Positions 1-11,404 of a DNA stretch of 64,000 nt are shown piece after piece. Under the pieces are notes generated by a model that was not told the origin of the DNA, did not search any database, and saw only the letters and a list, made by a program, of their open reading frames with translations. Position 1 is the stretch's first letter. Each line of letters begins with the position of its first letter. The position numbers were made by a program, and so were the translations under genes. Source of the stretch: Felis catus (taxonomy: Eukaryota); assembly GCF_018350175.1 (NCBI RefSeq), contig NC_058376.1:68510001-68574000 (forward strand), read 5' to 3'.

Positions 1-99
1 ACTGTCAACATGGTAATTTTCCTTGCCTCTGTCTGTGGGATCCTTTGTTTCCTAGGTTCCATGTTTTTTCTCATTTTTTATTCACTTGTTGTTTTGGTG

Positions 100-571
100 G
101 AGCATGAGTTCCAGTACCTTCCTGAGAAAGGGTGTATTGGTGGTAAGTTTTTCACATCTCAGCTCTTAAGTGTAAGTAAGTCTATACTCACTATTGACAG
201 ATAGTTTGGCTGGGTATAAAATTCCAGTTGGAGATCATGTTGCATGAGAGTCATGAAGGCAAGGCCTCATTATTCTGTGGTGTGCTAATGAGCAGTCTTA
301 TGCCAATTCTGACTCCTGATCTTTTGTATATGGTGGGATTTTTTTTTTTCTTTGAAATTTTCGGAATCTCCTCTTTGTCAGCAGTTTTCTGAAAGTTTTC
401 AGTGATGTACTTTGGTGAGACTTTGTTTTTTTTGTTTCGTTTTGTTTTTTTTTTAACTCGTGCAGGGCTCTCTTGACTGGAAACTTATATTCTTCAATTC
501 TGGGATATTTTCTTGAGTGATTTTTTTTTTTTAATAATTTCTTTTCCTCTGTTTACTTCTTTTCCTGGAGT
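100..571 (-). mobile_element. Ancient L1 (L1M-type) fragment, left part
   Basis: gatagtttggctgggtataaaattcc...tgccaattctgactcctgatcttttgtat resembles antisense old L1; boundaries approximate. Confidence 0.55.
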
Positions 572-673
572 TACAGTAAAACCTTGGTTTGTGAACATAA
601 TTTGTTCCAGAAACATGCTTGTAATCCAGAGCACTTGCATATTAAAGCAAATTTCCCTGTAAGAAATAATGGA

Positions 674-897
674 GGGGCACCTGGGTGGCTCAGTTGGTTA
701 AGTCTCGGACTTCAGCTCAGGTCATGATCTCACAGTTGGTGGGTTTGAGCCCTGCGTCAGGCTCTGTGCTCACAGCTTAGAGCCTGGAGCCTGCTTCAGA
801 TTTTGTGTCTCCCTCTCTCTCTCTGCCCCTCCCCCACTCAAGCTCTGTCTCTCTGTGTCTCTCAAAAATAAATAAACATTAAAAATTTAAAAAAAAA
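674..897 (+). mobile_element. Can-SINE (felid SINEC type)
   Basis: ggggcacctgggtggctcagttggttaag head, (CT)n tract, aataaa and A tail; TSD aagaaataatgga at 661-673 and 1347-1359. Confidence 0.95.
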
Positions 898-899
898 GA

Positions 900-1104
900 G
901 GGGCTTCTAGGTGGCTCAGTCAGTTAAGCATCCGACTTCAGCTCAGGTCATGATCTTATGGCTTGTGGGTTCAGGCCCCGTGTTGGGCTCTGTGCTGACA
1001 GCTCAGAACCTGGAGCCTGCTTCAGATTCTGTCTCCCTCTTTGCCCCTCCCCCTTGTGCTTTCTCTCTCTCTCTCTCTCTCTCTCTCAAAACTAAATAAA
1101 TATT
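900..1104 (+). mobile_element. Can-SINE nested in the tail of the previous SINE
   Basis: gtggctcagtcagttaagcatccgacttcagctcaggtcatgatct head, CT tract and A tail. Confidence 0.93.
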
Positions 1105-1320
1105 AATTTTTTTAATGTTTATTTTTAAGAGAGACAGAGACAGAATGCGAGTGGGTTAGGGGCAGAGAGAGAGAGAGAGAGACACAGAATCTGAAGCAGG
1201 CTCCAGGCTCTGAGCTGTCAGCACAGAGCCCGATGCAGAGCTCGAACTCGCTAGCTGTGAGATCATGACCTGAGCTGAAGTCGGACGCTCAACCGACTGA
1301 GCCACCCAGGTGCACACCCC
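1105..1320 (-). mobile_element. Can-SINE, antisense, nested in the tail of the second SINE
   Basis: tttttaatgtttattt...(GA)n...gagccacccaggtgc. Confidence 0.93.
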
Positions 1321-1940
1321 CCAAAAAAATTTTTTTAATTAAAAAAAAGAAATAATGGAAACTCACATGATTCATTCCGCAACCCAAAAATATTCATATA
1401 AAAATTATTATGATACTGTAATATAATACAAAATAATAAAGAACATAAAAAATATAAAGAAAAATAAACAACCTGCAGTTAAACTTTTAAAGCCTTCGTT
1501 ACTGGTGTGAGGGAGATGAAAGAAGAGGGCTATTGTGTAGGATGACTTTCACTATCACTAATGGAATCACTGCTATCTGTTGGCTCCATGGAATCTTTTT
1601 TTGCATGGGGGCCATTGTATACACTCACATAGATGTTGGCTATAGTGCAGTATTAATAAACTCTTGTCATATACTATATTTAATGTAACTGGCAGTAAGG
1701 CAACAGAGGAAAGGGATCTATATCTGTAGGCAGCCTGACCCAGAATGAAGCAAAGTATTCATTAGCTTACTTGTATGGAAAAGCAAAAGACTGTCCATAG
1801 GTGCTTTGAAGTGACAAAAAATGCACTAGTGCCAGTTGTGGGTACCTTCCAGTGTTCTGAAAAATCACTGATTTCTGTCAAATGCCACAGCCTGAGGCCG
1901 AGCATCTGAGTGTGGGAGCTGGTCACCCATAATCCTAAAG

Positions 1941-1942
<2 letters not shown>

Positions 1943-1983
<41 letters not shown>
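1943..1983. repeat. (AG)~20 microsatellite
   Basis: direct reading. Confidence 0.95.
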
Positions 1984-1988
<5 letters not shown>

Positions 1989-2140
1989 TTGGCTCAGTTG
2001 TGATCATGTGATGTTTGGCATCATGTACTACTCATATTGCAAGACATTGCTCATTTATCAAGTTAAAATTTATTAGAAATATTTGCTAGCCTTGCAGAGC
2101 ACTTGCAGAACAAGTACTCACAATCCAAGGTTTTACTGTA

Positions 2141-2530
2141 GTTTAATTTGGTACTTGCACTTAATGGATCCATCTTATTTTTCTTATCTTTTCTTCTATT
2201 TTTTATCTTTTATTTTTGTGTTTTATTTTCTAGGAGTTTTTTTTTTTAATTCTACTTTCAACTCTTTTGAAATTTTTTATTTCTGTGAGAGTTTTTTGTA
2301 AGAGTTTTTCCTGATTCTCTTTGACTATTCCTGTCTCATAGCATTCAATTCTTGTTTTATGGATGCAGTATTTTGTTTCTCTGAGAATAATAATTATAGT
2401 TTTGCTGTTTTCTTCTGTTGTTTTTCTTTTCTTCTAAGTATCATCTTTCTTTTAGTTTGTTTTCATCCCTGTCTTTTGTGTTAAGGGCTTTCCTCAAATA
2501 TCTGGTGAACTTGAGTTATCTGTATTGAAT
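2141..2530 (-). mobile_element. Ancient L1 fragment, continuation after the DNA transposon
   Basis: T-rich antisense-L1-like sequence resumes right after the right TIR; boundaries approximate. Confidence 0.5.
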
Positions 2531-3642
2531 AGCAAGGCACTGGCATGGGCATTGGAGACTCTGTGAGTGTGAGGAGGAGGTGAAGGGCATTTGTTTACTG
2601 AGAGGGCCTCACAGTGGGTATTTCAGTGGGAAGTTAGTTGTTTCATTGGAGGATCTCCAAATCACCATCTTTAGGTTATTTTTCTTGTGCTTCTCAGTTT
2701 CCTTAGAGAAACATTCTCTAATGTCCTGCCTAGGGGAATAAGACTGACAACATTCTGGAAAAAGGAAGGGAGATGTGGGGGGAGTTGGGGCTTGAGGATC
2801 AGTGATCTCAAGGTTCCGTGTATAGACTTTCCCCTAAATCCCCTCGTTTTCTGTCAGGGCCATACTTCTACTCCCTGCCTGGTATCTCCCAGGAGAGCTT
2901 TTCTTAGTCTCTCCATATAGTAGCCCCGTGTTTTCTGACAGCTAGGCAAGGAGCCAGCTATGTAGGCTGGGTGAGGGGATCTGCTATATGACTGTTCCTT
3001 ATTTGGACTTTTAACACACCTCCTCCCCCAGCCTCTGCTTCTGGCCACACCTCCTTGTGCCTGCAGAGGTGCCTGGTGCCTCCACTGCTCAGAGTTCTCA
3101 GGGTTCTCTGGGAAGAATTGGCTCGTTTCTTGTTGGCTGGCCTCCTGAGATCATTGGCTGAGTGGGAAAAGCTGAAAACCTTCCATTCCCATCCTGAATA
3201 TGAGAAGTGATGTTACTTCTCTGTGGATTTGTGCATCCGTGCTTCTAGGTGGGTGGCATTTTCACGTTGCTCTGGTGTGTGGTGTTGGAGTGCCGTGCGG
3301 AGTACAGATGTCCACCTCCCAGACAGGTCTTGATTGAGTGGGTGGCAAGTGTGTCCATGCAGCATTCTTGTGTAGTATGCAGCCCCTACAGCTTGACAAA
3401 CGTGCCTGAAGACGAGGGGGGAGTTGAAGACTGGGAATGGTCTGGGAAGTGTCTTGGGGGAGAGGTGTTGGTAATTTGGAAAAGGGATGATGTGGAAAGG
3501 TTGATGTAGTCCTGAGAAGGGTCGGTGTGCCCTTATCCTTCTGAAGTAAAATGTGTTCTAGGCAGCACTTCTGCGGGCACCCATTCTTCCTTGGGCTTAG
3601 CGGGAAGCTGGGGCTCATGGTCCTTGGCTCCTTGATCCCCAG

Positions 3643-3769
3643 GTCGTCCTGCCGACGTGGCTGTCCTGCACAAAGGTCTCCTCACTCATCGAGAGAATTT
3701 CTGACCCCAAGGACTTGAAAAAACTTCTCAGGACCCGGAATAATGTGCTGGTGCTTTACTCCAAATCTG
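3643..3769 (+). CDS. PDIA5: PDIA5 exon 2 (127 nt): VVLPTWLSCTKVSSLIERISDPKDLKKLLRTRNNVLVLYSKS
   Basis: ccccag| acceptor and G|gtgagt donor; translation matches recalled PDIA5 N-terminus. Confidence 0.96.
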
Positions 3770-6660
3770 GTGAGTGCCCAACCTGGCCTTGGGGGTCATC
3801 CATCAGCGATGGGATGGTTTGGGTTCGGGGCACCAGTGGGAGGCAGAGACCTCAGGACCAGGAGCCGCTCAGGGAGGGTCCAAGGGTCATCGGGCTTGTC
3901 CACTTTCCCCAAGAGATGAGGCAGAAGCACAGAGGGGTGTTAGTTCTGTTTCTTTTGCATCCTGAGAGGTTGTTTCAGTTCCCTATAATCAGTCTTTCTT
4001 GGGAAGAGCCTCTGGAGTCCTCACTACCTCAGGAGGGAGAGGATGTGTGTGAAGGGAGATGGAGGATGGTGGTCAGTGGGGTGGATGTTGTGGCTTCCTG
4101 GACAGGCACGGACTGGCCATCACAGGACATGCTTTGCCAGAGCTGTTGATTAGCTGGCTGGGTCGGCCTGTCACCAGCTGAATTGGTCCCAGGCTTGGGA
4201 GCACGCACCCAGGTTCACAGCCCTGGCCCTGCCTGGCCCCCATCTGTCCTGCTTTGGGGTCAGAACATGAGACTGAGTTTGCAGTGGGCTCCAACAGAGC
4301 AGTTTCAGTGGAGGGTGGGACTGTGGCTTGCTTGCCTCTTCTGACCTTGAGGCTGGCAAGGGCATAGTGGATGGAGAGAGGTTTGCTCAGCTCTTGGCTG
4401 CGACTTTGAACATCTGACTGTTGGGGTTGTTCCAGCAGAGTTAAGTGTTTTCACTGCTCCTAAGGATGCCAAGTTTTCTGTGCCCTGGAGAAGCAACAGC
4501 CAGTGGCTGGGCCAGTTCCTGGGCACAGTTCTCCCTGGCAGCTCATCCTTGACACTCATTGGCACTAGGGGCTGATGGATGTTTTGGACGTGTGTCTCTC
4601 CTGAACCCTGCATCCTCTAAGCACCCTGGCACATGCTACTTCTTGCCCTTTTGAGGGCCTGGCACACACTTCCTGAGGTTGTTGTTGGGAGCCCAGAATG
4701 TGTCTAGCATCTCTGTTGTCAGGAGTAGGGGGGAAATTGAGGCAAGGGAGGAGCAGAATTGCTCCTGAGGCCTGGGGCATAGGGCCCTGAGTAAGCATGG
4801 CTCATCCCCTTGGATATTCTTGGAGCTGGGCAGTTGCCAGTGCTGGACCATGGTCACTTCCTTCTCTGGGTAGGTCCCGTCACATAAGCTCATCATCTGA
4901 CAAGGACTGCAAGGACCTTCTGCGACATGCTCCTGTTTGCTCCTTTGCCTCCTTGAGGGAGGCGGTGCAGGTTGTCAGATAATGTCCAGTGTACAAGTGA
5001 GGAAATTGAAGCAGAGGGAGAATAGCCAACTCATCTGAGGTCTAGCAGCCGGTAGATGGTGGAGCTGTTCTCTGTGCTTCCTCTGCTGGAGGGTCGGAAG
5101 AAATAATATTAATCCTGCTGGGACGGAAGGGCTCTGAGATCACTAAATGGTTATGGTAAGTTAGAGAGTGGGAATGTGGGGTCTCTTGGTAGGGGCTTGT
5201 GGGGCAGGGGGCAGGGCGAGGACCGCACTTCTTTTCTCTTCTGCCCTCAGCCAACCCTTGTTGGCACTGGGACTTCCGGTGCTTCCTGCTTACTAGACCC
5301 CTCTCTGCCTCCTACTGCTGGGGTAGCAGGACCCAGGTGACTACCCTCCTGCCTCCTTGCCCAGGCCTGCTGCAACACATGTGACCCTCAGTGGGTTTTT
5401 GGAGCAGCGCAATAACTGGATTTTCTCCACTTCCACCCTCTCAAGCAGTGTGTACCTTTCCTGTGCCTCACCAAGCCCAGGCTGAGCCCAGAGGAGTGGT
5501 GGGGCCATGGCCTTTCCCGCCTCTGCCACGCTCCCTCCTCCACCTGTCCTTGTGGGGGTTCTTGGGAGTGCCTCCCTCGGGTGGCTCCCTGTGCGTCTCT
5601 AGAAAGATGCTTTTTGTTCACTTGCATGAAAGGCTCAGCATGCTTTGTATTCACAAACAGCTACCATTATCCACGCTAGAAAAGGGGATCTGTGGAGGTG
5701 AATAATTCAGACATCAGTTTTGCTTGGCTTTGGAATGTATCTTAGGGTTTTTGGTGAGGGAGGCAGCAGACCTGCTCTTGCTACCAGTGTCTGTGTGGCG
5801 GGCCCTTCAAGTGAGCTCACAGATGTGATGGGGGAAGAGGACACACTGGCCATAGCCACTCTGCAGCAGACCCTTGCAAGTTGTCAATGTTGAAATCCTG
5901 GCCATGGAGGCTTCATCCCCAAGTACCTGCCCTCCTACAGTAGTTCCCAGTGCTTTGCCCAGGTACCTGGACAAATGAAAAACTTCCTTTCTTGTGTTCA
6001 CCCTACCTTGCCTCAAGGTGTAGTCCATGTTTTTATAGCTAACCCCTGAGGTACTGCCAGGGCTGGCCCTTCTGTCGCTTCTGGGGAAATGGGCTGTGAA
6101 ATGTGACTTGGGTACACTTGACGTTGGTCCATCTGGGACCAGTGTCCCATATAATCCTTATTTAGCCACCAGGTTGCTGAGCCCCTGCCAAGATGAAGAT
6201 GTGATGCACAAGTAAAGGAAGTATCTGGTCCCTGCTGTTGTCAGCTTGCAGTTTGAGCTCCAGGGCAGATGAGTGTGGAATTGGCAACCTTGTTCCCTAT
6301 ATTAGTTATAGAACTGTAATTGTTTGGTTATAGAATTTTCACAGTTTGTCCCAGAAAAGTAATGAGTCAGAGTGGAGGATCTGACCGCGAGATCCTTGGA
6401 ACAGTGAGGCATGAGATGTAGCGTAACAGAGGTGTGAGTTGGGGTCTCGGTGTCTGTGGGGAGGAGTCCAGAGCCTGGCAGGAGCAGGGGTTTCTGAGAA
6501 GAGTTCTCCCCGAACTACTGATTACAGGGTCAGTGTTTTAGTGGCGCTCAGGATCTCACCTCAAGGATGGCTCCCCATTCTTCCTTGCCCCTAGAGGAAG
6601 ATGGCAGGGGTGACCCTCGTGGACTTGGGCACAGATGTTTAATTTTTTATTTTTTTACAG

Positions 6661-6748
6661 AGGCTGCAGCGGAAAGTCATCTCAGGTTATTGTCCACTGT
6701 GGCCCAGGCAGTGAAAGGACAAGGCACCATCTGCTGGGTAGACTGTGG
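6661..6748 (+). CDS. PDIA5: PDIA5 exon 3 (88 nt): EAAAESHLRLLSTVAQAVKGQGTICWVDCG
   Basis: tttttacag| acceptor and GG|gtatgt donor; phase continues from exon 2. Confidence 0.96.
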
Positions 6749-8098
6749 GTATGTCCTGGGGACATGGGGCGTGGTGGCTGGAGGATGGGGCATCCTTGGG
6801 GGATCTGGAGGGTGGGGTAGGGAGTTGTCCCTGATTAACTCTTTGGGAGAGAGGCTGTGATAGGAGAGATTGCTGCAGAAAAGCTTCCCTAACCCTACTT
6901 GAGGGTCACCTGTGGACTGGAGAAGGGGCAGTTCTGGCTCTCCCACTTGTTCTTTCCAACCCCAGCATTCTTCCTCCCTTTTTACTCTGTTGTCCTGTGT
7001 GACTTGACTTTTTTCTTCCCAGCAGGTGAGAGAGGGGGCCTTGATGGCCAGAGAGACAAGGTTCTTTTCAGAGGCACCCAGTGGGCTTGCTCGTGAGGGG
7101 GGTCTGCAGCAAGAATCATGGGCTTCATCTCCAGTCCAGGGCATTAATAGAGGTCTCCACTGCCCTCGGTGCAAAGGTGGTGGAATCAGCCACCTTGCCT
7201 TCCGAGGTGGCTCCATTAGATGTGTCAGTGGCTTTGTCCTTCTAGCGCTCTCTTCTGACCTTTGTCTACCTGCCTGCCACTGCCTGTCCTAGTGCTGGTG
7301 CTCCCAGCTCCTTCTCCTTCTCTTTCTCCTCCTTCCTGACTTCCCTCCTCCCAGAGACTTTCTTGTCTGTGTTAAGGCGGCAGGATCAAACACCAGCCCA
7401 CAGGAGGGAGTCTGTAGGAAGGGGGGGCTACTTCTTAGTGTGGGGAAGGGGGCTCTTGATGGAATTCCTCTGATTCTTCCTAGTGTGGGAGTTTGAGTCC
7501 AGGGTGTACTCAGCTTCCCTTTCTTTTCAATCATTAGGAATAATTTCCACATCTCTCTGTGGTCAGTGCATTGTGCATGCAATGCACACACACCCACACC
7601 CCTTCTTGTTATATAATTAGCTCCCAATTTGGCCTAGATTGGCATAAATGCATAAAAGGCACTTAGATAGTGAAGGAACTTAGGAGGAGAGGTAACTAAG
7701 AGCAGGTTTGTCCTTTGCATGTTTGAACACCTATTGTATGCAAGGGTCTATGTTGCACTTGACCTGGATACCAGCGTTATACGCCCTTGTGACTTCGGAC
7801 AGGAAGAGTTTCCGGAGTCACTGTGTCCAGCCACTTCTCACCTGGACTTAGGGTTTATCGGGAGTATGAGCCTGGGAAGAGGAGGGGAAAGGAGAATATT
7901 GCACTCTTGCAAGTACGGGAAAGAGGTGGGTCTCTGCTGGGAAAAGGGCTTTTTAACCTTCACTTTTATTGTGGCTGTTCTTGCCTGAGCTACAGCCTGG
8001 CTACCACATTTAACCCTGTGGGTTAAATGAGCTTTAGGGCTGTACTGCAGTATAGCCTTCTTCCTCTTCAATCTGAGTTCTAAATTTCTGGTTTTTTA

Positions 8099-8326
8099 GG
8101 GGCGCTCGGGTGGCTCAGTCCGTTGAGCATCTGACGTCAGCTCAGGTCATGATCTCGTAGTTCGTGAGTTCAAGCCCCGTGTTGGGCTCTGTGCTGACAG
8201 CTCAGAGCCTGGAGCCTGCTTTGGATTTTGTGTCTGCTCCTCTCTCTGCCCCTCCCCTGCTCATGCCCTGTCTCTGTCTCTCAAAAATAAATAAACATTA
8301 AAAAAAAATTTTTTTTTTAATAAAAA
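8099..8326 (+). mobile_element. Can-SINE
   Basis: full head and tail; near-identical flanks taaatttctgg(g)tttttta at about 8081-8098 and 8327-8345. Confidence 0.93.
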
Positions 8327-8345
8327 TAAATTTCTGGGTTTTTTA

Positions 8346-8510
8346 AAATTTGTTTTTAAAGTTTATTTTTATTTAGAGAGAGAGAGAGTGTGAGAGAGAA
8401 TCTCAAGCAGACTCTGTGCTGTCAGCACAGAGCCCCATGTGGGGCTTGATCTCACAAACTATGAGCCAAAACCAAGAGTTGGACACTGCCTGAGCCCACC
8501 AGGTGCCCCT
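8346..8510 (-). mobile_element. Can-SINE, short or older form, tail-to-tail with the previous SINE
   Basis: tttttaaagtttattt...(GA)n...gaatctcaagcagactctgtgctgtcagcacagagccc...caggtgcccct. Confidence 0.88.
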
Positions 8511-9589
8511 AAACAGCTGTTTTGTGAATGAACTTCTGGCACACAACTGATTTATAAGTTGATGGCCTCAAGTTAGTCTTGCCCATGATTGAGGAGAATT
8601 GAAGGAGATTTATATTTTGACAAAGCACTGAATGAGACCAGGAGAAGGAGTCTTAGCTGAGTGGTGTTTGCTGTAGGGGTGTATGTGCATGGGTTCATGC
8701 TCCTGTCTGGCCTCACACCTCCTGATTTATTCAGACATCAATTTACTGGAAGAGACTGCTCCCCAGACATTTGATAAGATCTTGGCCATTGGTTAATTCT
8801 AGTGCATAGTTGGTCTAAAAGTGTTCTTGTCTTGTAGGTATGTCTCAGTCTCCCACATTTTACCAGGAGCGTGCTACGTGACTGGTACATAGCCTTTGTC
8901 AGTATTAGAGGGGACAGGACACTTTGGAATCTCCATATCTGAGGATGACACCGGTTCTGCCACGCCAGCCGATGGAGCCTTATCACAGGAAGTTCTTAGG
9001 CTTGCAGGTGGCAGAAATGGGCAGAAGAGCTTTGATTTAGTTGCTGCATTCCCCTGCAACATTCCCAAGCATTTACTATGTGCCTTGAGGTACACAGATG
9101 GACAGTAGTGTCCTCAGGAGCTCAGTGTGCAAGGAGGAAGCAGACATCGAACCAGGTGATTATAATCCATGTGAGAAGTGTAGTGAGTGGAGGCTATACA
9201 TGAGAGGGGTTTCACTTTATTCTGCCTGTAAAAGTCTGCCTGAGAAAGCTTCACAGAGTAGGTGGAGTTCCAGTGTGATGCAAAGACCTTTGAGTACCAG
9301 GTCTTTAAAGTGCCCTGGCTTTCCCTGCAGGCAGCTCCCTGTGGTATGGGCCCCGAGGACTGCCTGGGCCATCTGCCGATGGGTGTAGAGGTGGCAGTCC
9401 TGCTCTGCTCCATGCAGAGGCAGGACTAAATGGGGCCAGGGTTAATGTGTGAAGACAAAGAACATTAGAATTCAGGACTCGTTTGGAGACAAGATGTCTG
9501 GAGTCAATGAAAGTGCCAATGGGAGAAATAATCCTATGACTTTTGATGTGCTAAAATGGAAATCTAGGGAGGCATCTTAGAGCCTAAAG

Positions 9590-9735
9590 AGGTAACCTTA
9601 AGACAAAAGGATAGATTGTTCTGTGTAGTTGCCACTCAATTCATTCCTCTAAGAAGTATAAACTGAAATGTTAAATAGCTTTTAAAATAGTTTAGATAAG
9701 TAGATGGATTATGGAGCTCTAATGGATTGTGTTAG
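9590..9735 (+). mobile_element. Possible CR1/L3-type 3' fragment
   Basis: ctgaaatgttaaatagcttttaaaatagtttagataagtagatggat resembles recalled CR1 3' end; highly diverged. Confidence 0.35.
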
Positions 9736-10222
9736 AAGAGGGGGATATCTGGGTCCAAATTGGAAATCATAGGTAGGGTGTACTGAAATCTTCCCAGGGC
9801 AGCCCAAGGGACAAAACTTGGGGCTCTAGTCCACAGAGGCCACGGGTGTGGGAGGGGTGGCAGTTCTCACAGATCACCATTACATAAGGAGTTCCCCAAG
9901 GGTGATGGGTCTGCCCTCCTGCTTGGCCACACCTGCTCCTGGCCTTCAGAATGTGTCCCGTAAAGCATTAGGGGAGCCTACCACGTTAACCCCGTGGCCC
10001 AGTGATGAAAGCTCTCACCGTGTCCTAAGTGCATTCAGTCTGTGTTTATGAGTCTGAGTGAGACGCTCCAGGGATGGGCAGAAGTGCTTTCGAGAACGCT
10101 TTCTCTTGCTGTCTGCAGTGGAGTGAGCATGTGGAACGGAGCCAATGTCTGCTCGCTTTTTATCCTAGCGGCTACTAAATAGCAGGTGGTCAGCCAGAGT
10201 GTGCCTCCCCTCATGTAGGGGA

Positions 10223-10386
10223 GGCTCAGTCAGTTAAGCATCAGACTTCGGCTCAGGTCATGATCTCATGGTTCATGGGTTCAAGTCCCGCATCAGGCAA
10301 TGCACTGCCTGGGATTCTCTCTCCCTCTCTCTGCCCCTCCTCTGCCTCTCAAAATAAATAAAACTTAAAAAAAATAAATAAATAAA
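10223..10386 (+). mobile_element. Can-SINE lacking its first bases and with an internal deletion
   Basis: ggctcagtcagttaagcatcagacttcggctcaggtcatgatctc...ctctcaaaataaataaa. Confidence 0.88.
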
Positions 10387-11344
10387 GGACAGGTGAAGGG
10401 AACAGGGGACATTCTAGGGCAAGAGAAGACAGTGCTCTGGTGTGAAGTGTCTTTGAAGGTGTGCCTAATAAGGGCAGAGGCCTGGGTTGAAGGTTCTGTT
10501 CTGCTACTTACTAGCCCTGTGACCTTGGACAGGTCTGTTTACTCATCTGTAAAATGGGACAATAGTGCATATTCTGCCTTCTTTCCAGGTCCCAGTAAAT
10601 GAGCTTTTTCTAGAATATAAATGTGAGATCCCATTTTACTGTTATTTTTCATCTGGGCAGGATTGTTTCAGAGCATTCCCAGAAGCTGATGGGGAGAAGT
10701 GGTGCATGCATTGTTCAATGGCTCTTTCTTGGGTGAGGATCGCTTGGTTGTTGAGAGGATGCCCCTGAACAAAGTCCTGGGCATCACAGTCAGCCCCAGT
10801 GTTCAGGATGATTTGCTGTGACCCTTAAGAAGTCTGGAGCGCATTGGGACTTACAGGACTGCGGGTCCTGGGGCTTGGTTTTAAGTCCAGACTCTGACAG
10901 CTAATAGCTGTGGGATCTTTGGCAAGTCGCTGCCCCCTCTGGGCTTCAGTTTATACTTGTGTGAACCATGGAGTTGAATCTTCCAGTTTGCTCTCATCCC
11001 TAAATAGCCTGGTTCAGAAAATCCTGGAAGCTGCCAGGCTTTGTGTGTAGTGCGTATGTACCTAAGTGTCCTCCAGTCTTTTGGGGGGTCTTTCGTGTCT
11101 CCCCCCATTCTGGGCGTCTGCTTCTTAGGTCTCTCCTGTTTTTTCCTTAGAGCCTCTGTCCTCTCTCCCGCTTTGTTCCCTCTTCCTTGCTGGTTTCTGT
11201 CGCCTCTTCCCACCTCTGGGTCCCTGCCTCCCCCATTTGTTTGGTCTTTTTCCTCTGCTCTTCTTTATATGGGTATTTCTTTTCCCCTTATTCTCAATTT
11301 CCTGGCTCTCCACTCCCTACCCTTGCCTGTATGGCTGAAGGCAC

Positions 11345-11404
11345 CCCCCACCCCCACCCCCACCCCCACCCCCACCCCCACCCCCACCCCCACCCCCACC
11401 CCCA
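11345..11404. repeat. (CCCCCA)10 perfect hexamer repeat
   Basis: direct reading; (TGGGGG)10 on the minus strand. Confidence 0.95.

Larger units (their letters stand above)
574..2138. mobile_element. Non-autonomous Tc1/mariner (pogo/Tigger-like) DNA transposon interrupted by three SINEs
   Basis: TIRs cagtaaaaccttggtttgtga / tcacaatccaaggttttactg (20/21 match) flanked by TA at 572-573 and 2139-2140. Confidence 0.85.
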
